37,950 nucleotides of DNA from IMG/VR virus record IMGVR_UViG_3300009181_000168, positions 1 to 37,950 of that record. One strand, 5' to 3'. The DNA is from a virus (Duplodnaviria; Caudoviricetes). Under the pieces are notes generated by a model. It saw nothing but the letters and a program-made list of their open reading frames with translations, ran no database searches and was not told the DNA's origin. A program made the position numbers and the translations under genes. Positions 8,219-18,484 of the stretch are shown in pieces (positions within the stretch are counted from its first letter, which is position 1; each line of letters starts with the position of its first letter).

Positions 8219-9403
8219 ATGGCATACGAAGCGACAGCTGAACTTTACACCAAACAAGCCAAATTAAATAAAGGCAAAATTAAGACTGACTACGATCAGT
8301 ATTTGGCTGATCTTGCTCGTCAATACGGTACGTCAACCGAAGATCTAGGTGCGAACCTTGAAGCCCGAGGCATTCTCAAATCAGGAGAAGCTGCTCAATC
8401 TCGCGCTCGTTTAAGCGCAGACGAAGAAGCAGCTCGTGTTAAAGCAAAATCTGACTATGACTACAGCACTGGTACTGAAGACATAAACCTCATGGGTAAA
8501 CTTGCTGGCTTGGGTACTGGCACTGGCACTGGCACTGGAACTGGAACTGGTACTGGCACAACCCCTACAACACCTACAACACCTACAACACCTACCAAGA
8601 CAGTTGCACCAGTTGTTACACCACCACCAGCAGTGGTTTACAAAGGCGGTACAACGCAAGGTCAACTACCGCAAGCACCGCTCCCGACCACAACCAAACC
8701 GCCAGTCCGTACGGGTACAGCAGACACAATGTCTCGCACCACACCCACCAAAGCAGTAGTACCAGCAGTAAAACCGCCTGCCCGTACAGGAACCGCTGAC
8801 ACCATGGCTCGACCAGTCTCGGCTCCAGCCAAACCGACACCCGCAGCAATAGCAGGCCCATCTCGTCCAGTTGTTCCTGCCCCGGCAGTCCGTACAGGTA
8901 CAGCCGACACAATGGCGCGTACTACGCCCGCCAAACCAGCGACACCCACTGCACCAGCAAAACCAGCAACACCTGCGAAACCAACGACTCCTGTTAAGCC
9001 AGCAGCACCTACGTCTACAAAAGCAGTAACCAAACCTGCTCCTGTACCGATTTACAAATCATCAACACCCGCTCCAGCCCGTACTGGTTCAGCCGACACA
9101 ATGGCACGACCAGTCTCGGCTCCCGCTAAACCAGCTACTTCAACACCAACAAAACCAGCACCTGCTCCCGCCAAGCCAGCACCTGCTCCCGCCAAGCCAG
9201 CACCTGCTCCCGCCAAGCCAGCACCTGCTCCAGTTAAAACTGCTGCACCAGTATCAAAACCTATTCCGAAACCTGCGCCTGTGCCAATATACAAGAGTCC
9301 AACCCCCGCGGCGAAACCTGCACCCGCTCCAGCCAAACCCGCACCAGTACCGCCAAAGCCCGCAACAAAAACTATTAAACCAGCACCAGCGAGGTTGAGA
9401 TAA
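8219..9403 (+). CDS. Pro/Thr/Ala/Lys-rich repeat protein, probable internal virion/ejection protein
   Basis: GGAG RBS; helical N-terminal ~95 aa (LEARGILKSG) then long low-complexity tail; first of four closely packed genes ending in the 1921-aa protein. Confidence 0.6.
   Translation: MAYEATAELYTKQAKLNKGKIKTDYDQYLADLARQYGTSTEDLGANLEARGILKSGEAAQSRARLSADEEAARVKAKSDYDYSTGTEDINLMGKLAGLGTGTGTGTGTGTGTGTTPTTPTTPTTPTKTVAPVVTPPPAVVYKGGTTQGQLPQAPLPTTTKPPVRTGTADTMSRTTPTKAVVPAVKPPARTGTADTMARPVSAPAKPTPAAIAGPSRPVVPAPAVRTGTADTMARTTPAKPATPTAPAKPATPAKPTTPVKPAAPTSTKAVTKPAPVPIYKSSTPAPARTGSADTMARPVSAPAKPATSTPTKPAPAPAKPAPAPAKPAPAPAKPAPAPVKTAAPVSKPIPKPAPVPIYKSPTPAAKPAPAPAKPAPVPPKPATKTIKPAPARLR
8512..8596 (+). repeat. 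Coding microsatellites (Gly-Thr)n then (Pro-Thr-Thr)n
   Basis: GGNACT hexamer run followed by ACACCTACA nonamer run. Confidence 0.9.
9153..9231 (+). repeat. 21-bp coding tandem repeat (KPAPAPA), ~3.7 copies
   Basis: AAGCCAGCACCTGCTCCCGCC repeated in tandem. Confidence 0.9.
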
Positions 9404-9933
9404 TGGCATTTGATCTATCAACACCAAGCGCACAACTTGCATTTGGAGTAGCACAACGTGCTCAAGAAGCACAAGACATGAAAGCACGCCTAGAAGAAGA
9501 AGCACGCGCCCGTGCCAATGCTCGACTAGCACCATACGGCAACGACTTGAGTCAGGTTGACTCAACTTTCAGAAGCATTTACGACCCTGCCGTCGCAGCG
9601 CAACAGTCCCGCGCCCAAGCCATGCAAGAATATGTGATCGGGTTACCCGAACTACTTGCTCGCGCCCAAGCCGAAAGGTCAGCAGGTTCAGGTGGTGGTG
9701 GCGGTGGGTCAGGTAGTGAATTTGTCGCATCTTCACCATTTGACCCTCAAGCATCTCTTGATTCAATAATTGCGGCCAATAAACCCAAACCCATTGCTGT
9801 TCAAAAAGATTTAGGTGGCGGAATGACTTACGGAAATGTCGGTGGATACGGTGCGGTATACCCAACATCAGGTTCAGTAAAAGCAGTTATTCAACGCCCG
9901 ACCCGTGGCGCAGGTTGGAGTGGACAACGCTGA
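9403..9933 (+). CDS. Probable internal virion/ejection protein
   Basis: Ala/Gln-rich helical N-half, Gly linker; TAATG coupling; position. Confidence 0.55.
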   Translation: MAFDLSTPSAQLAFGVAQRAQEAQDMKARLEEEARARANARLAPYGNDLSQVDSTFRSIYDPAVAAQQSRAQAMQEYVIGLPELLARAQAERSAGSGGGGGGSGSEFVASSPFDPQASLDSIIAANKPKPIAVQKDLGGGMTYGNVGGYGAVYPTSGSVKAVIQRPTRGAGWSGQR

Positions 9934-11387
9934 TGGCTCCCAAAATCGGCCCTCGTGGCATCACAATTCAAGACGTACAAAATGTAGCCACAAACGGTAG
10001 CAGAGCTGGCAAATCTCAGTATGTGTACGCACCAGCAGATACGACAGCAACAACCCCGGTCGATTACGCAGCCTTACTAGCAGGTGGCCCAGCACCTACA
10101 TACGGTCAAAAGTACGGTGGACAGCCAACAGGTGAATACGCCAGGCAGATGATCCTTGGTGCTGCAATGCAAAGAAAGAGTATTGGTGACCTTGCAGCAT
10201 TACAAGCTGCCACAGCGCAACAAAATCTGACAAGCAAGTTTGCGTCTGACTTGACCGCTGGAACTAACAAAATGTTCCCGTCGTACCAAGCAAAATTTAA
10301 CCAACCATTAGTTTCGCCATCAACAATGCAAAGCAGTATTTATGCACAAAGACTCGCTCCCGCTGTAAATGATCTTGAAGCAAAAGTTGCCGCAAAAAGA
10401 TTAGAAGCACGACGAATGGGTGCATACGAAGCAGAACGTAGCGGCACCAATAATCAACTAAAAATTTTAGAAGCTGAAGCTGCTGACGCTCGACGTTTTC
10501 TTTCGGAAGGAAACCCATCAGGTAAAACTCCTGAACAAATGGCAGCAGAAAACAAAGCCAACGCTTACGGTGCATACATGGATCGCATGAATATGTTGGA
10601 CTTAAGCAAGCCAGGAACGGAATTGGGTACACGCACAAATCTTGGTAGTACAAATGAATACGGTAAAATTGAAGGATCGCCAAGAACTACTCAAGGGTAT
10701 TTATCGCCTCTTTATCAAGGCGCAGAACGTCAGACCGCTGCTCGTCTTACCCCAGGTCTTGAGTCTGCATTTGCACAACAAGTAACGCCTTACCAAAATG
10801 TAGCAGAAGGCTTTGCCAATACGCCACTATCACAGTTCGCCCAGCAGGTTGCCGTTCAACAATACGGTTACGACCCCGCATTGGCAGCAGGTTTGTTTGA
10901 CACCAGCGTAGATATTCAGTCACTCAAAGATCAAGCCGACCTATTTGCTGCACAACATCCCGAACTGAATATGTCCCCGGCTGAGATTGTCTACAACCAA
11001 CTTGGCGAAGAAGGACTAAACCAGTACCTGCAACAACAAGCCGAACAAGCATTGTACGGTTCGGCATCGCAACAAAGAACTGAAACCGAACTGGCACAAG
11101 ATGCGGCCAACGCACCAATTGATGCTGAACTGTATTCGGTTTACGCAACAGCACCAGGCAACATCAATTCTGCACTCAATGCCGATGTTGCTCGACAATA
11201 TATGTCAGACCCTAATTTCCTTGCACAATTCCAAGCAGGAACAACAAAGATTTATGACGATATGAGTCAAGGAATTAGTGGTGCTGACGCAGTTAATTCT
11301 TATATGCAAGATTATTTGAACAGCACAGGCGACCCCGTATCAGCCCGCATATTGGAAGAACTACTTAGCAACGTCTCATTCGGGTGA
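9933..11387 (+). CDS. Probable internal virion/ejection protein
   Basis: Ala/Gln-rich helical ~484 aa; TGATG coupling (start 9933); position before the giant gene. Confidence 0.55.
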   Translation: MAPKIGPRGITIQDVQNVATNGSRAGKSQYVYAPADTTATTPVDYAALLAGGPAPTYGQKYGGQPTGEYARQMILGAAMQRKSIGDLAALQAATAQQNLTSKFASDLTAGTNKMFPSYQAKFNQPLVSPSTMQSSIYAQRLAPAVNDLEAKVAAKRLEARRMGAYEAERSGTNNQLKILEAEAADARRFLSEGNPSGKTPEQMAAENKANAYGAYMDRMNMLDLSKPGTELGTRTNLGSTNEYGKIEGSPRTTQGYLSPLYQGAERQTAARLTPGLESAFAQQVTPYQNVAEGFANTPLSQFAQQVAVQQYGYDPALAAGLFDTSVDIQSLKDQADLFAAQHPELNMSPAEIVYNQLGEEGLNQYLQQQAEQALYGSASQQRTETELAQDAANAPIDAELYSVYATAPGNINSALNADVARQYMSDPNFLAQFQAGTTKIYDDMSQGISGADAVNSYMQDYLNSTGDPVSARILEELLSNVSFG

Positions 11388-11393
11388 TCTGAC

Positions 11394-14300
11394 ATGACAG
11401 ACGCACAAGACATTGTCAACTCGGTCATTTCTAAACGACAATTCAATCCAGTCGTACGGCAACCATCTACACAAATAGCACCACCAGTCAAGTACAACCT
11501 TAAGCCAATTCAAGCACCATCGGCAATCAAAACGTCAAATGAAGGTGGTGGCGATAAAGGTTTGCTTGGTGGACTGCTTTCGTCTGTCGGCAATGTACTG
11601 AAATTCCCCGGCACGGTAATTCATAGTCTTCCAACAATCGTCGGTAAAGCAGTACAGTCCGTCCCTGGTATAGCCGAAACAATCTTTGACATCGGTGCTG
11701 ACGTAATCAACCCGAACCTCTACACCTCTCGATCAGAGGTTGACTACGAAAAAGGTAAAGCACTTGGGCTGACTGGTTCAGAACTGCTCGCCTATTCAAT
11801 GCAACGCACCGTGCCGATCTTTGCACCAATGGTGTCCAGTATTCCCAAGACTGCTGCACGACTAGCCGAAACAGCGACACTCGGCGCATACGATACGGGC
11901 GCACCAGGTGTTGATTATTACCAGGCTTTGCGTAAGGGCGAACTTGGCAATATGTTGATTGAAGATGTCGGCAATGTTGTCATGCTCGGTCGCATGAGTG
12001 GCTTGGGCAATGTTGGTGTCAAGGCTGGTACAGCGTTAGGTGAAGCAGGAGCAACTCGTCTAGGTTCTGCCGTTTCTACCGCAGCAAGATTTGCTGAAGA
12101 ACCCATCGGAACTATGGCTCGTGGTGCAGGTCGAGGACTGTCACTAGCACCAATCGCTGAACAATTCCCAAGACTTGCTCAAGCAGGCGCACGAATTGCA
12201 GGTGCAGAAGCACCATTGCGTGGCATCTTTAACGAAGCAGTAGGTGCTAAACGAGCCTGGGCTAACACCAAATGGATGGAACTTCAACAACAGATCGTTG
12301 ATCTCCAAAACACCGATCCGACATCAGCACAAATACCGTTACTTGAAGCACGACGCAACTCTTTACTTAATCAAACGGGCATCCCAAAGATGGCTCGCGG
12401 AAAGATTGACCGATTGGGTCGCATGGGAGAAAACCTTCGTACACAAATTGTCGCTACATTTGTTCGATTCAAAGACAAAGGTGCAGTCCCCGAAACTGTC
12501 AAAGACCTACTAGCGCAAGAAAAGCGTATTCGTAAATCAGCTGACTTGGCTACAAAGCGTGGCGAAACACAACGAGCAGAAAACCTTAACGCTTATGCAA
12601 ACATTATTAAAAGCAAAGCCGACATAAAAGCAACAGATACAGAAGGCGTACTCTCACAGCCCGCACCCGACTGGGTCGCACCAGCAACAACGCTATACAC
12701 CACAGGTCAAGTCAAAGGCATTATCGCTGACCTTCAAGCAGGAAAGACCATGGAAGAAATCATTAAGGCGATTACACCTGAACAGGTCGGCCCCGACTTA
12801 GCTAACATGGGTTATGGCTACAACGAACTTGCTATACGCAAAGCCATTGACTATGAACAAGGTCGTCTGTCGCCAATTGAACGAGTCCAAATGGATGTGT
12901 ACCAGCAGATCCAACAGAACTGGCATCAGTTTTGGATGGATCAAAGCCAGGCTCGCAAGGGATATACAACCGAAACCGTGCCATACACTTACGCCGGGAC
13001 GCACCCTGATCCTCGCAATATGTTGCTTGAACTTGCCAAGCCACGGTACACGGGACGTTTCAAGACAATCTTGTTCAGCGCATTAGATGACATCGTTGCT
13101 CAATATCTTGAACAGTTAGCACCCGACGTTGCACAAAAAATTAAGTTTGACCCCACTAAACCTGAAGGTGTATGGCAAAACCTTGCCAAGGAAACGGTAG
13201 GTACGCCCGAATACGACGCCGCATACAAGTTGGTGCAATTAGCGTTTGATGAACTACGAGCAAACCCTGATCTTGCTCGATTCATGCAAAACGAAATGAT
13301 CTATCCCGCACCGATGCGTATCACAATGTTGAACGAACAACGTCGACTGAAGATGGCATTAAACGACGACATCACCACCGTTGCAGATGGTCTTGCATCA
13401 TTGCTGTCAACTCACGGTGACATCATTCCAAAACAACTTACTGATGCAATTACGAAAGCATTAGAAAAAGCTCGTGGCGATCAAACACAATTTGATCTAT
13501 CAACCTTTAAGTCTCTATCACAAAACCTTGCAAGCCTTATCAGATTGACAACGGATCGTTTGACAAAACTCCAAGAAGAAAAAGGCGTTCTCAAGACCCG
13601 CCAAGCCGGGGTGGATACGAAGTTCAATGATGCTTTAGCAACGATGGCTGAAATGCAACGCATTATTCAGGCGATCACGGAGAACCCGCAAGCGATCCTT
13701 GGTGACACACCCAAGTTGACCGCAGCAACCCAAGCAGAACAAGCAAACCTGTCCCGCATTCAGGCGATCCCCGACGAGATGGCTCAAGTCGACGCTGAAA
13801 TCAAAGCCGAGATTGATCGTCAGAGAACCGCTAACGCCTACCTACAACAGGATTTGGAGAACACTCAGGTCAGTCTTAACGATGCTCGTACTCGTGCTAC
13901 TGAAACAGCCGATGCCGAAGCGACAGTACGCCAGCAGTTAGATCAGGAGCAGGCGTACCTTGATGCTCACGCCAAATTGACCGACGAAGAACTTGCAGCT
14001 TTACAAACAGACTTTGAGACAGCACTTAGTATCCACAACCAGTACGCAAGTGGCGACAAGTTTGTTAGTAAAGGTACAGCCGAAGCAGTCAAACGTCGTT
14101 TAGTCGAAGAAGCCACACAACGAGCCTACGTTGCCCAAGGTGTAATGGAATTGTTGTTGCCTGGCACTATGCGTCGTGCATACACAATGGCTATTGGTTT
14201 GGCAACCGACCCAAACACAATGTCATTCATGCAGGAAGATTTCCGTCAACAATTTGAAAGTGCTGTTTACCAAGTTATTGGTGACCTGAAATTAGCCAAA

Positions 14301-17159
14301 AAAGCTGTCAAAGATTTTATTGATTCTCATACTGAAATGGATAAAGGTAGTTCAGTTGACGAAGCACGAATGGTTGCGGAAAGCAATTCAGGTGGCACAG
14401 ACATTCAGGGCCGTGAATTTGATTCCGATAGCGCATACATGGAACAACTGGGTCGCGCATGGGCTGAACAATGGCAAGCCGAAAAGGACTTAGGTCGCGC
14501 CAAACAAAAAGGCGTAGAGTCTATTCGCAAAGAACTAGCTGCCGATAACCAAGACAACATTGACCAGGCTGTTGAAGCATCAACGGTGACACAGCAGAAC
14601 CTGCCGTGGATTGAACGCATGATCGAATTAGAAGATCGCGCGATACTTGCCGAACGTACTGCTGAAGTTCAACAATTGCGCCGTGACCTAGCCAAAGCCG
14701 AAGCCGCAGCCAAGAAAGCGCAAGCCGAACTCAATAAACTGAACGACAAAGCCAGCAAACTTGCCGAACAAGTACGACCCAAAGTTCCGAACGAACTATT
14801 GAGCCGTCGTGTCAAGTTAGAAAAAGAAAAAATCACCACACAGAAATCCGTAGCCCGTCTAGCCAAAGCAGTAGAGACAGCGACACGCCAACAAGAAAAG
14901 TCACTACAAACCCGTATGCGTGGTCGCCTCAAGGGTGTAGGAAAACTTGACGATCAAGGTAACCCTGTACTTAACAAGGGTGTTGCTGACAAACTGACCG
15001 ACCAACAACAACAAGCACTCAACGAGACTGTCAACATCAATAAGAAGGTTGCCAAAGTTAGAGAACAGGTTGCGGCAAACCAGCCGTTACAAAACGAAGC
15101 AACACGTCGACTAGGCACAAGCGATCTCAACCAGCAGGCACAACTCAATCGACCAGTCGGCCCACAACTTGTAGACCAACCGCCGATCTATATGCCCGGT
15201 GGACAATTAGGTTCAACAACTGAACAAGTCAAAATCCCGATGTCAATGCGCTCCGAAGGACTTGCACCACAAGTTAAAGCAAAATACGAAAACACAAAGA
15301 CCACAGGTTTGATCCCAACATCGTCGGGCCAACAGGCTGCGATGATTAACCAGGTCATGGGTCAGTTCTCTCGCAACGTCGTCGTTGAAGAATTTGTCAC
15401 CACGCCCGAATTTGCATTACCAGTAGCCAATGTAGTTGGTGAACAGACGTTAATTGACATTGAGAAATTAGCTACCAACGAACTGAATTCTCAAGGCATT
15501 CCACGCAACACAGGAGAATTTCAAGTAGCACTTAACAAGCGTATGGGCGAACTCATTGTTCGTGAACTGCGAGTCCGTGGCTACGAGCCTGTCAGCCCTG
15601 TCAGATTTGAAGAAGCAATCGGACAGAACACACCACACAGTCCACTTGGTGGTCTGACAGAAATTGTTGGTGCTGAATCAGTTGATAGAAATACCATCGC
15701 TATGCGTATCGGTTTGCGTGACAAGATTTCTTCTCGATTTGAACCTGTATACGGCAACACCACACCCGATGCTGTTAAAGGCGTGTTTGGTGCGGTAGGT
15801 AGACTGACATCAGGTTGGAAGTCGGTTGTTCTTCCGTTCTCTTTACGCTGGCAGGTCGGTGACCTTGTAGGCAACGTGATGAACGCTTGGATTCGTGGCG
15901 ACATCCCGGCATCAGAAATGGTTCGGGCAATGAACGATGTCAAGAACCGTCTAAGCGTAGATGAGAACGGACTACTACGAATACTCGGATCAGATGTAGC
16001 CAACCAAGCCATTGTTGACCCTGTCCTCGCAGCGTTAATGGGCGCAGGCTTGGAAGCCCGTGGTCTCCGTGGTGCAGAACTAAGAGCAATTCAAGAAGGC
16101 ACAAACAAACCGTTAGCAGAGCGTGTCTCTAACAGAATGTTCCCGAAGTTCCGTGAACGAGCCTTCAATGTTAACGCCACACAAAACTTGCTGGCCCGTG
16201 CAGCAGTAGCGATCACCAAACTAGAAGCCGAACTTACAGCTCGTGGACGAACATTGGATGAGATTGACCCAATCACTTTGTTAAACGATCAAGAATTGCA
16301 CAATGCCGTTATCAAAGCAGTACAAGAAACCAACGACACGCTTGGAGCGTTCTCTGAAATGTCGCCGTGGGAACGCAACACCTTACGTCAAGTGTTCCCG
16401 TTTTGGTCGTGGATCAAATTCATCAACAAGGCCGCTGTTCAACTGGTACTAGATCAACCCGACCGTGTCCTGTTCTACGGTCACCTTGGTTCGATGTACA
16501 CCAGCGGTGACGGCAAAGACTTGATGGATTGGCTCAAAGACAAGACCCCAACGCCGTTCGGATTGATGGACTTCCGATTCCTAAACCCGTATTCGGACGC
16601 ATTGATTTTCAACCAAAACCCAATTGAAGCACTCAGCCAAACCTTCACCCGTCCATCGCCAGTCATTATGACCGGGATAGACGCAGCCAATGCTGTCGGT
16701 TTCTACGCATCAGGAAAGAACTTACTTCCGTTTGGTAACATGACACGCCCTGGCTACCTTGAAGGTCGCCCAGGTGCGACAGCTCGTAACTTTGGTGACT
16801 TTGTAGGCGAACTTGGTTACATGGGATTGAATCGTTTCGGCGGGCCATTCCGCAACATCCTGACTACCTTGCCAAACAAGATCCCGCTACTTGCCCCAAA
16901 CGGACGCATCATTGGAACAGATGTGGCTATTGGAACCGTAAACCGCTATCCACAAGGCTCCGCACGAACCCAAGGTGTCTACGCCCAGCCTCGACTCAAC
17001 CCGACGGTCGCCCGTGCAGGAGCAGTTCTCGGAGCATTCGGTATCCCAGCACCATTGTTTGATACCAACAAAGCGTATGCCCAAGGCGAAACGCAAGCCG
17101 CCAAAGATGAGAAAGCACGCCTCAGAAGAAGTCTCGCCCGATTACAGTCGGTGCAATGA
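11394..17159 (+). CDS. Large internal virion / DNA ejection protein (1921 aa)
   Basis: Size, central coiled coils, C-terminal LRQVFPFWSW-type motif seen in large podovirus ejection proteins; no tape-measure or tail-tube module seen in the genome. Confidence 0.65.
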   Translation: MTDAQDIVNSVISKRQFNPVVRQPSTQIAPPVKYNLKPIQAPSAIKTSNEGGGDKGLLGGLLSSVGNVLKFPGTVIHSLPTIVGKAVQSVPGIAETIFDIGADVINPNLYTSRSEVDYEKGKALGLTGSELLAYSMQRTVPIFAPMVSSIPKTAARLAETATLGAYDTGAPGVDYYQALRKGELGNMLIEDVGNVVMLGRMSGLGNVGVKAGTALGEAGATRLGSAVSTAARFAEEPIGTMARGAGRGLSLAPIAEQFPRLAQAGARIAGAEAPLRGIFNEAVGAKRAWANTKWMELQQQIVDLQNTDPTSAQIPLLEARRNSLLNQTGIPKMARGKIDRLGRMGENLRTQIVATFVRFKDKGAVPETVKDLLAQEKRIRKSADLATKRGETQRAENLNAYANIIKSKADIKATDTEGVLSQPAPDWVAPATTLYTTGQVKGIIADLQAGKTMEEIIKAITPEQVGPDLANMGYGYNELAIRKAIDYEQGRLSPIERVQMDVYQQIQQNWHQFWMDQSQARKGYTTETVPYTYAGTHPDPRNMLLELAKPRYTGRFKTILFSALDDIVAQYLEQLAPDVAQKIKFDPTKPEGVWQNLAKETVGTPEYDAAYKLVQLAFDELRANPDLARFMQNEMIYPAPMRITMLNEQRRLKMALNDDITTVADGLASLLSTHGDIIPKQLTDAITKALEKARGDQTQFDLSTFKSLSQNLASLIRLTTDRLTKLQEEKGVLKTRQAGVDTKFNDALATMAEMQRIIQAITENPQAILGDTPKLTAATQAEQANLSRIQAIPDEMAQVDAEIKAEIDRQRTANAYLQQDLENTQVSLNDARTRATETADAEATVRQQLDQEQAYLDAHAKLTDEELAALQTDFETALSIHNQYASGDKFVSKGTAEAVKRRLVEEATQRAYVAQGVMELLLPGTMRRAYTMAIGLATDPNTMSFMQEDFRQQFESAVYQVIGDLKLAKKAVKDFIDSHTEMDKGSSVDEARMVAESNSGGTDIQGREFDSDSAYMEQLGRAWAEQWQAEKDLGRAKQKGVESIRKELAADNQDNIDQAVEASTVTQQNLPWIERMIELEDRAILAERTAEVQQLRRDLAKAEAAAKKAQAELNKLNDKASKLAEQVRPKVPNELLSRRVKLEKEKITTQKSVARLAKAVETATRQQEKSLQTRMRGRLKGVGKLDDQGNPVLNKGVADKLTDQQQQALNETVNINKKVAKVREQVAANQPLQNEATRRLGTSDLNQQAQLNRPVGPQLVDQPPIYMPGGQLGSTTEQVKIPMSMRSEGLAPQVKAKYENTKTTGLIPTSSGQQAAMINQVMGQFSRNVVVEEFVTTPEFALPVANVVGEQTLIDIEKLATNELNSQGIPRNTGEFQVALNKRMGELIVRELRVRGYEPVSPVRFEEAIGQNTPHSPLGGLTEIVGAESVDRNTIAMRIGLRDKISSRFEPVYGNTTPDAVKGVFGAVGRLTSGWKSVVLPFSLRWQVGDLVGNVMNAWIRGDIPASEMVRAMNDVKNRLSVDENGLLRILGSDVANQAIVDPVLAALMGAGLEARGLRGAELRAIQEGTNKPLAERVSNRMFPKFRERAFNVNATQNLLARAAVAITKLEAELTARGRTLDEIDPITLLNDQELHNAVIKAVQETNDTLGAFSEMSPWERNTLRQVFPFWSWIKFINKAAVQLVLDQPDRVLFYGHLGSMYTSGDGKDLMDWLKDKTPTPFGLMDFRFLNPYSDALIFNQNPIEALSQTFTRPSPVIMTGIDAANAVGFYASGKNLLPFGNMTRPGYLEGRPGATARNFGDFVGELGYMGLNRFGGPFRNILTTLPNKIPLLAPNGRIIGTDVAIGTVNRYPQGSARTQGVYAQPRLNPTVARAGAVLGAFGIPAPLFDTNKAYAQGETQAAKDEKARLRRSLARLQSVQ

Positions 17160-17530
17160 TCTACAAATTAGAAGTCCACGGTCGACGACCCACCACCCTT
17201 AACCAGGAACGCAAGACCAACAACTGGGGAGCCAGGGCAACCGACACCAAATGGTGGCGAGCGCAATACGCCGAACTGGCCGCCGACATTCCACCAATGG
17301 AACGCATCCACATTTCGGTCATTCCTTTGCACAAGAACGGTAGGTCGCCCCAAGACGTTGGAGCCTGCTTCCCCGCAGCCAAAGCCGGGATAGACGGACT
17401 GGTGGACGCTGGGGTTATACCCGACGACACCCCTGACATCGTTGTGCGTGTAGACTTCTATGCACCAGTTGTCTGTGGAGAAGACGGACTCCGAATCGAG
17501 ATTAGGAACGCCGATGAACCCAATGTATAG
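17156..17530 (+). CDS. rusA: RusA-like Holliday junction resolvase
   Basis: PTTLN...QDVGACFPAAKAGIDGLVDAGVIPDD pattern matches RusA catalytic D...K..D...DD arrangement. Confidence 0.8.
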   Translation: MIYKLEVHGRRPTTLNQERKTNNWGARATDTKWWRAQYAELAADIPPMERIHISVIPLHKNGRSPQDVGACFPAAKAGIDGLVDAGVIPDDTPDIVVRVDFYAPVVCGEDGLRIEIRNADEPNV

Positions 17531-17822
17531 CAACGCACTCTCAGGTCTTGCTTCAGGCTTGACCACTGGCAATATGGGTGGCGCACCCGAAGGTATGCCA
17601 GGCCATGAGACACCATCCGAAGGTGGCTCTATGGTTCCTTGCCCGCTGTGCCAAGGTACTGGCATGATCTCCGAAGAAATGCTGTTCGGTGGTGCTGGTG
17701 GTTCCGCTGGTCTTCCGCCTCGTCTCGCAGCCCGTGGTGGCGGCATGGACATGGGTGGCGCAATGCAAATGCCACCGTCGTCTAGCCCTTCACCATTCCC
17801 GATGGGTGGTCAACAGTTATGA
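17514..17822 (+). CDS. Gly/Met/Pro-rich small protein with CPLCQGTG Zn-knuckle
   Basis: AGGA RBS before ATG 17514; ATGA-coupled to the next gene. Confidence 0.6.
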   Translation: MNPMYSNALSGLASGLTTGNMGGAPEGMPGHETPSEGGSMVPCPLCQGTGMISEEMLFGGAGGSAGLPPRLAARGGGMDMGGAMQMPPSSSPSPFPMGGQQL

Positions 17823-18151
17823 TGCCGATGTCAGCACCAAAGCGACCCCAGTCAGGCGTAGGCGCACCTATAGGCGCACCTAAGGTTGCTCAACCAAGCA
17901 CAGGCGCACCTGTGGGCGCACCTAAGGTTGCTCAACCAAGCACAGGCGCACCTATGGGCGCACCTAAGCGTCCACAGCCAGTTCAATCAGGCATGAACGC
18001 ACCTAAGGGTTCAAACGACTTGGTCAAGCAATTAGCTAAAAAGAAGGCGCAAGTTGCCGTTCCAACCTCAAAACAACCCGCAGGAACAGTAGACACAGGT
18101 ATGGGAATGCCAACCCCGAAACAACCTGGTAGCACATATAAAATAAGCTAG
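17819..18151 (+). CDS. Pro/Gly/Lys-rich repeat protein
   Basis: 110 aa with GAPxGAPKVAQPST repeats. Confidence 0.65.
   Translation: MMPMSAPKRPQSGVGAPIGAPKVAQPSTGAPVGAPKVAQPSTGAPMGAPKRPQPVQSGMNAPKGSNDLVKQLAKKKAQVAVPTSKQPAGTVDTGMGMPTPKQPGSTYKIS
17861..17968 (+). repeat. 42-bp coding tandem repeat (~2.6 copies)
   Basis: GGCGCACCTRTRGGCGCACCTAAGGTTGCTCAACCAAGCACA units start at 17861, 17903 and 17945. Confidence 0.9.
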
Positions 18152-18154
18152 ATC

Positions 18155-18484
18155 ATGGCTTCCCCAGCATGGCAACGTAAAGAAGGTCAGAACCCTTCAG
18201 GTGGACTCAACGAAGCAGGTCGAGCCTCGTACAAAGCACAGACAGGTGGCACTCTCAAAGCCCCGGTCAAAGGTCGCCCAACATCCCCCGATCAGATGCG
18301 CCGTAAAGGATCGTTCCTGTCCCGCATGGGTGGATCGCCAGGCCCGATGACCGACAATAAAGGTCGCCCAACCCGCAAAGCGTTAGCACTCAAAGCATGG
18401 GGTGCATCATCGCCAGCCGAAGCCAAATCTATGGGTCGTCGTTTACTGGAGCAGTACGCCAAGCAGAAAGCCAATAAGAAATGA
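18155..18484 (+). CDS. Basic conserved phage protein (DUF6321-like)
   Basis: PAWQRKEGQNPSGGLNEAGRASY...LKAPVK...RRKGSFLSRM...ALKAW motif recognised from a widespread phage family; family name from memory. Confidence 0.7.
   Translation: MASPAWQRKEGQNPSGGLNEAGRASYKAQTGGTLKAPVKGRPTSPDQMRRKGSFLSRMGGSPGPMTDNKGRPTRKALALKAWGASSPAEAKSMGRRLLEQYAKQKANKK

Noticed and set aside
8512-9360. Tandem repeats as a non-coding array or DGR template/variable pair
   Set aside because: All periods are multiples of 3 within one ORF; no reverse transcriptase and no adenine-specific mismatch pattern seen
11394-17159. Tape measure protein of a long-tailed phage
   Set aside because: No major tail/tube, tail assembly chaperone frameshift pair or baseplate genes; adaptor, nozzle and P22-like portal indicate a short-tailed virion
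17861-17968. 42-bp repeats as a CRISPR array
   Set aside because: Units are contiguous with no unique spacers, keep frame and encode a peptide repeat; no cas genes
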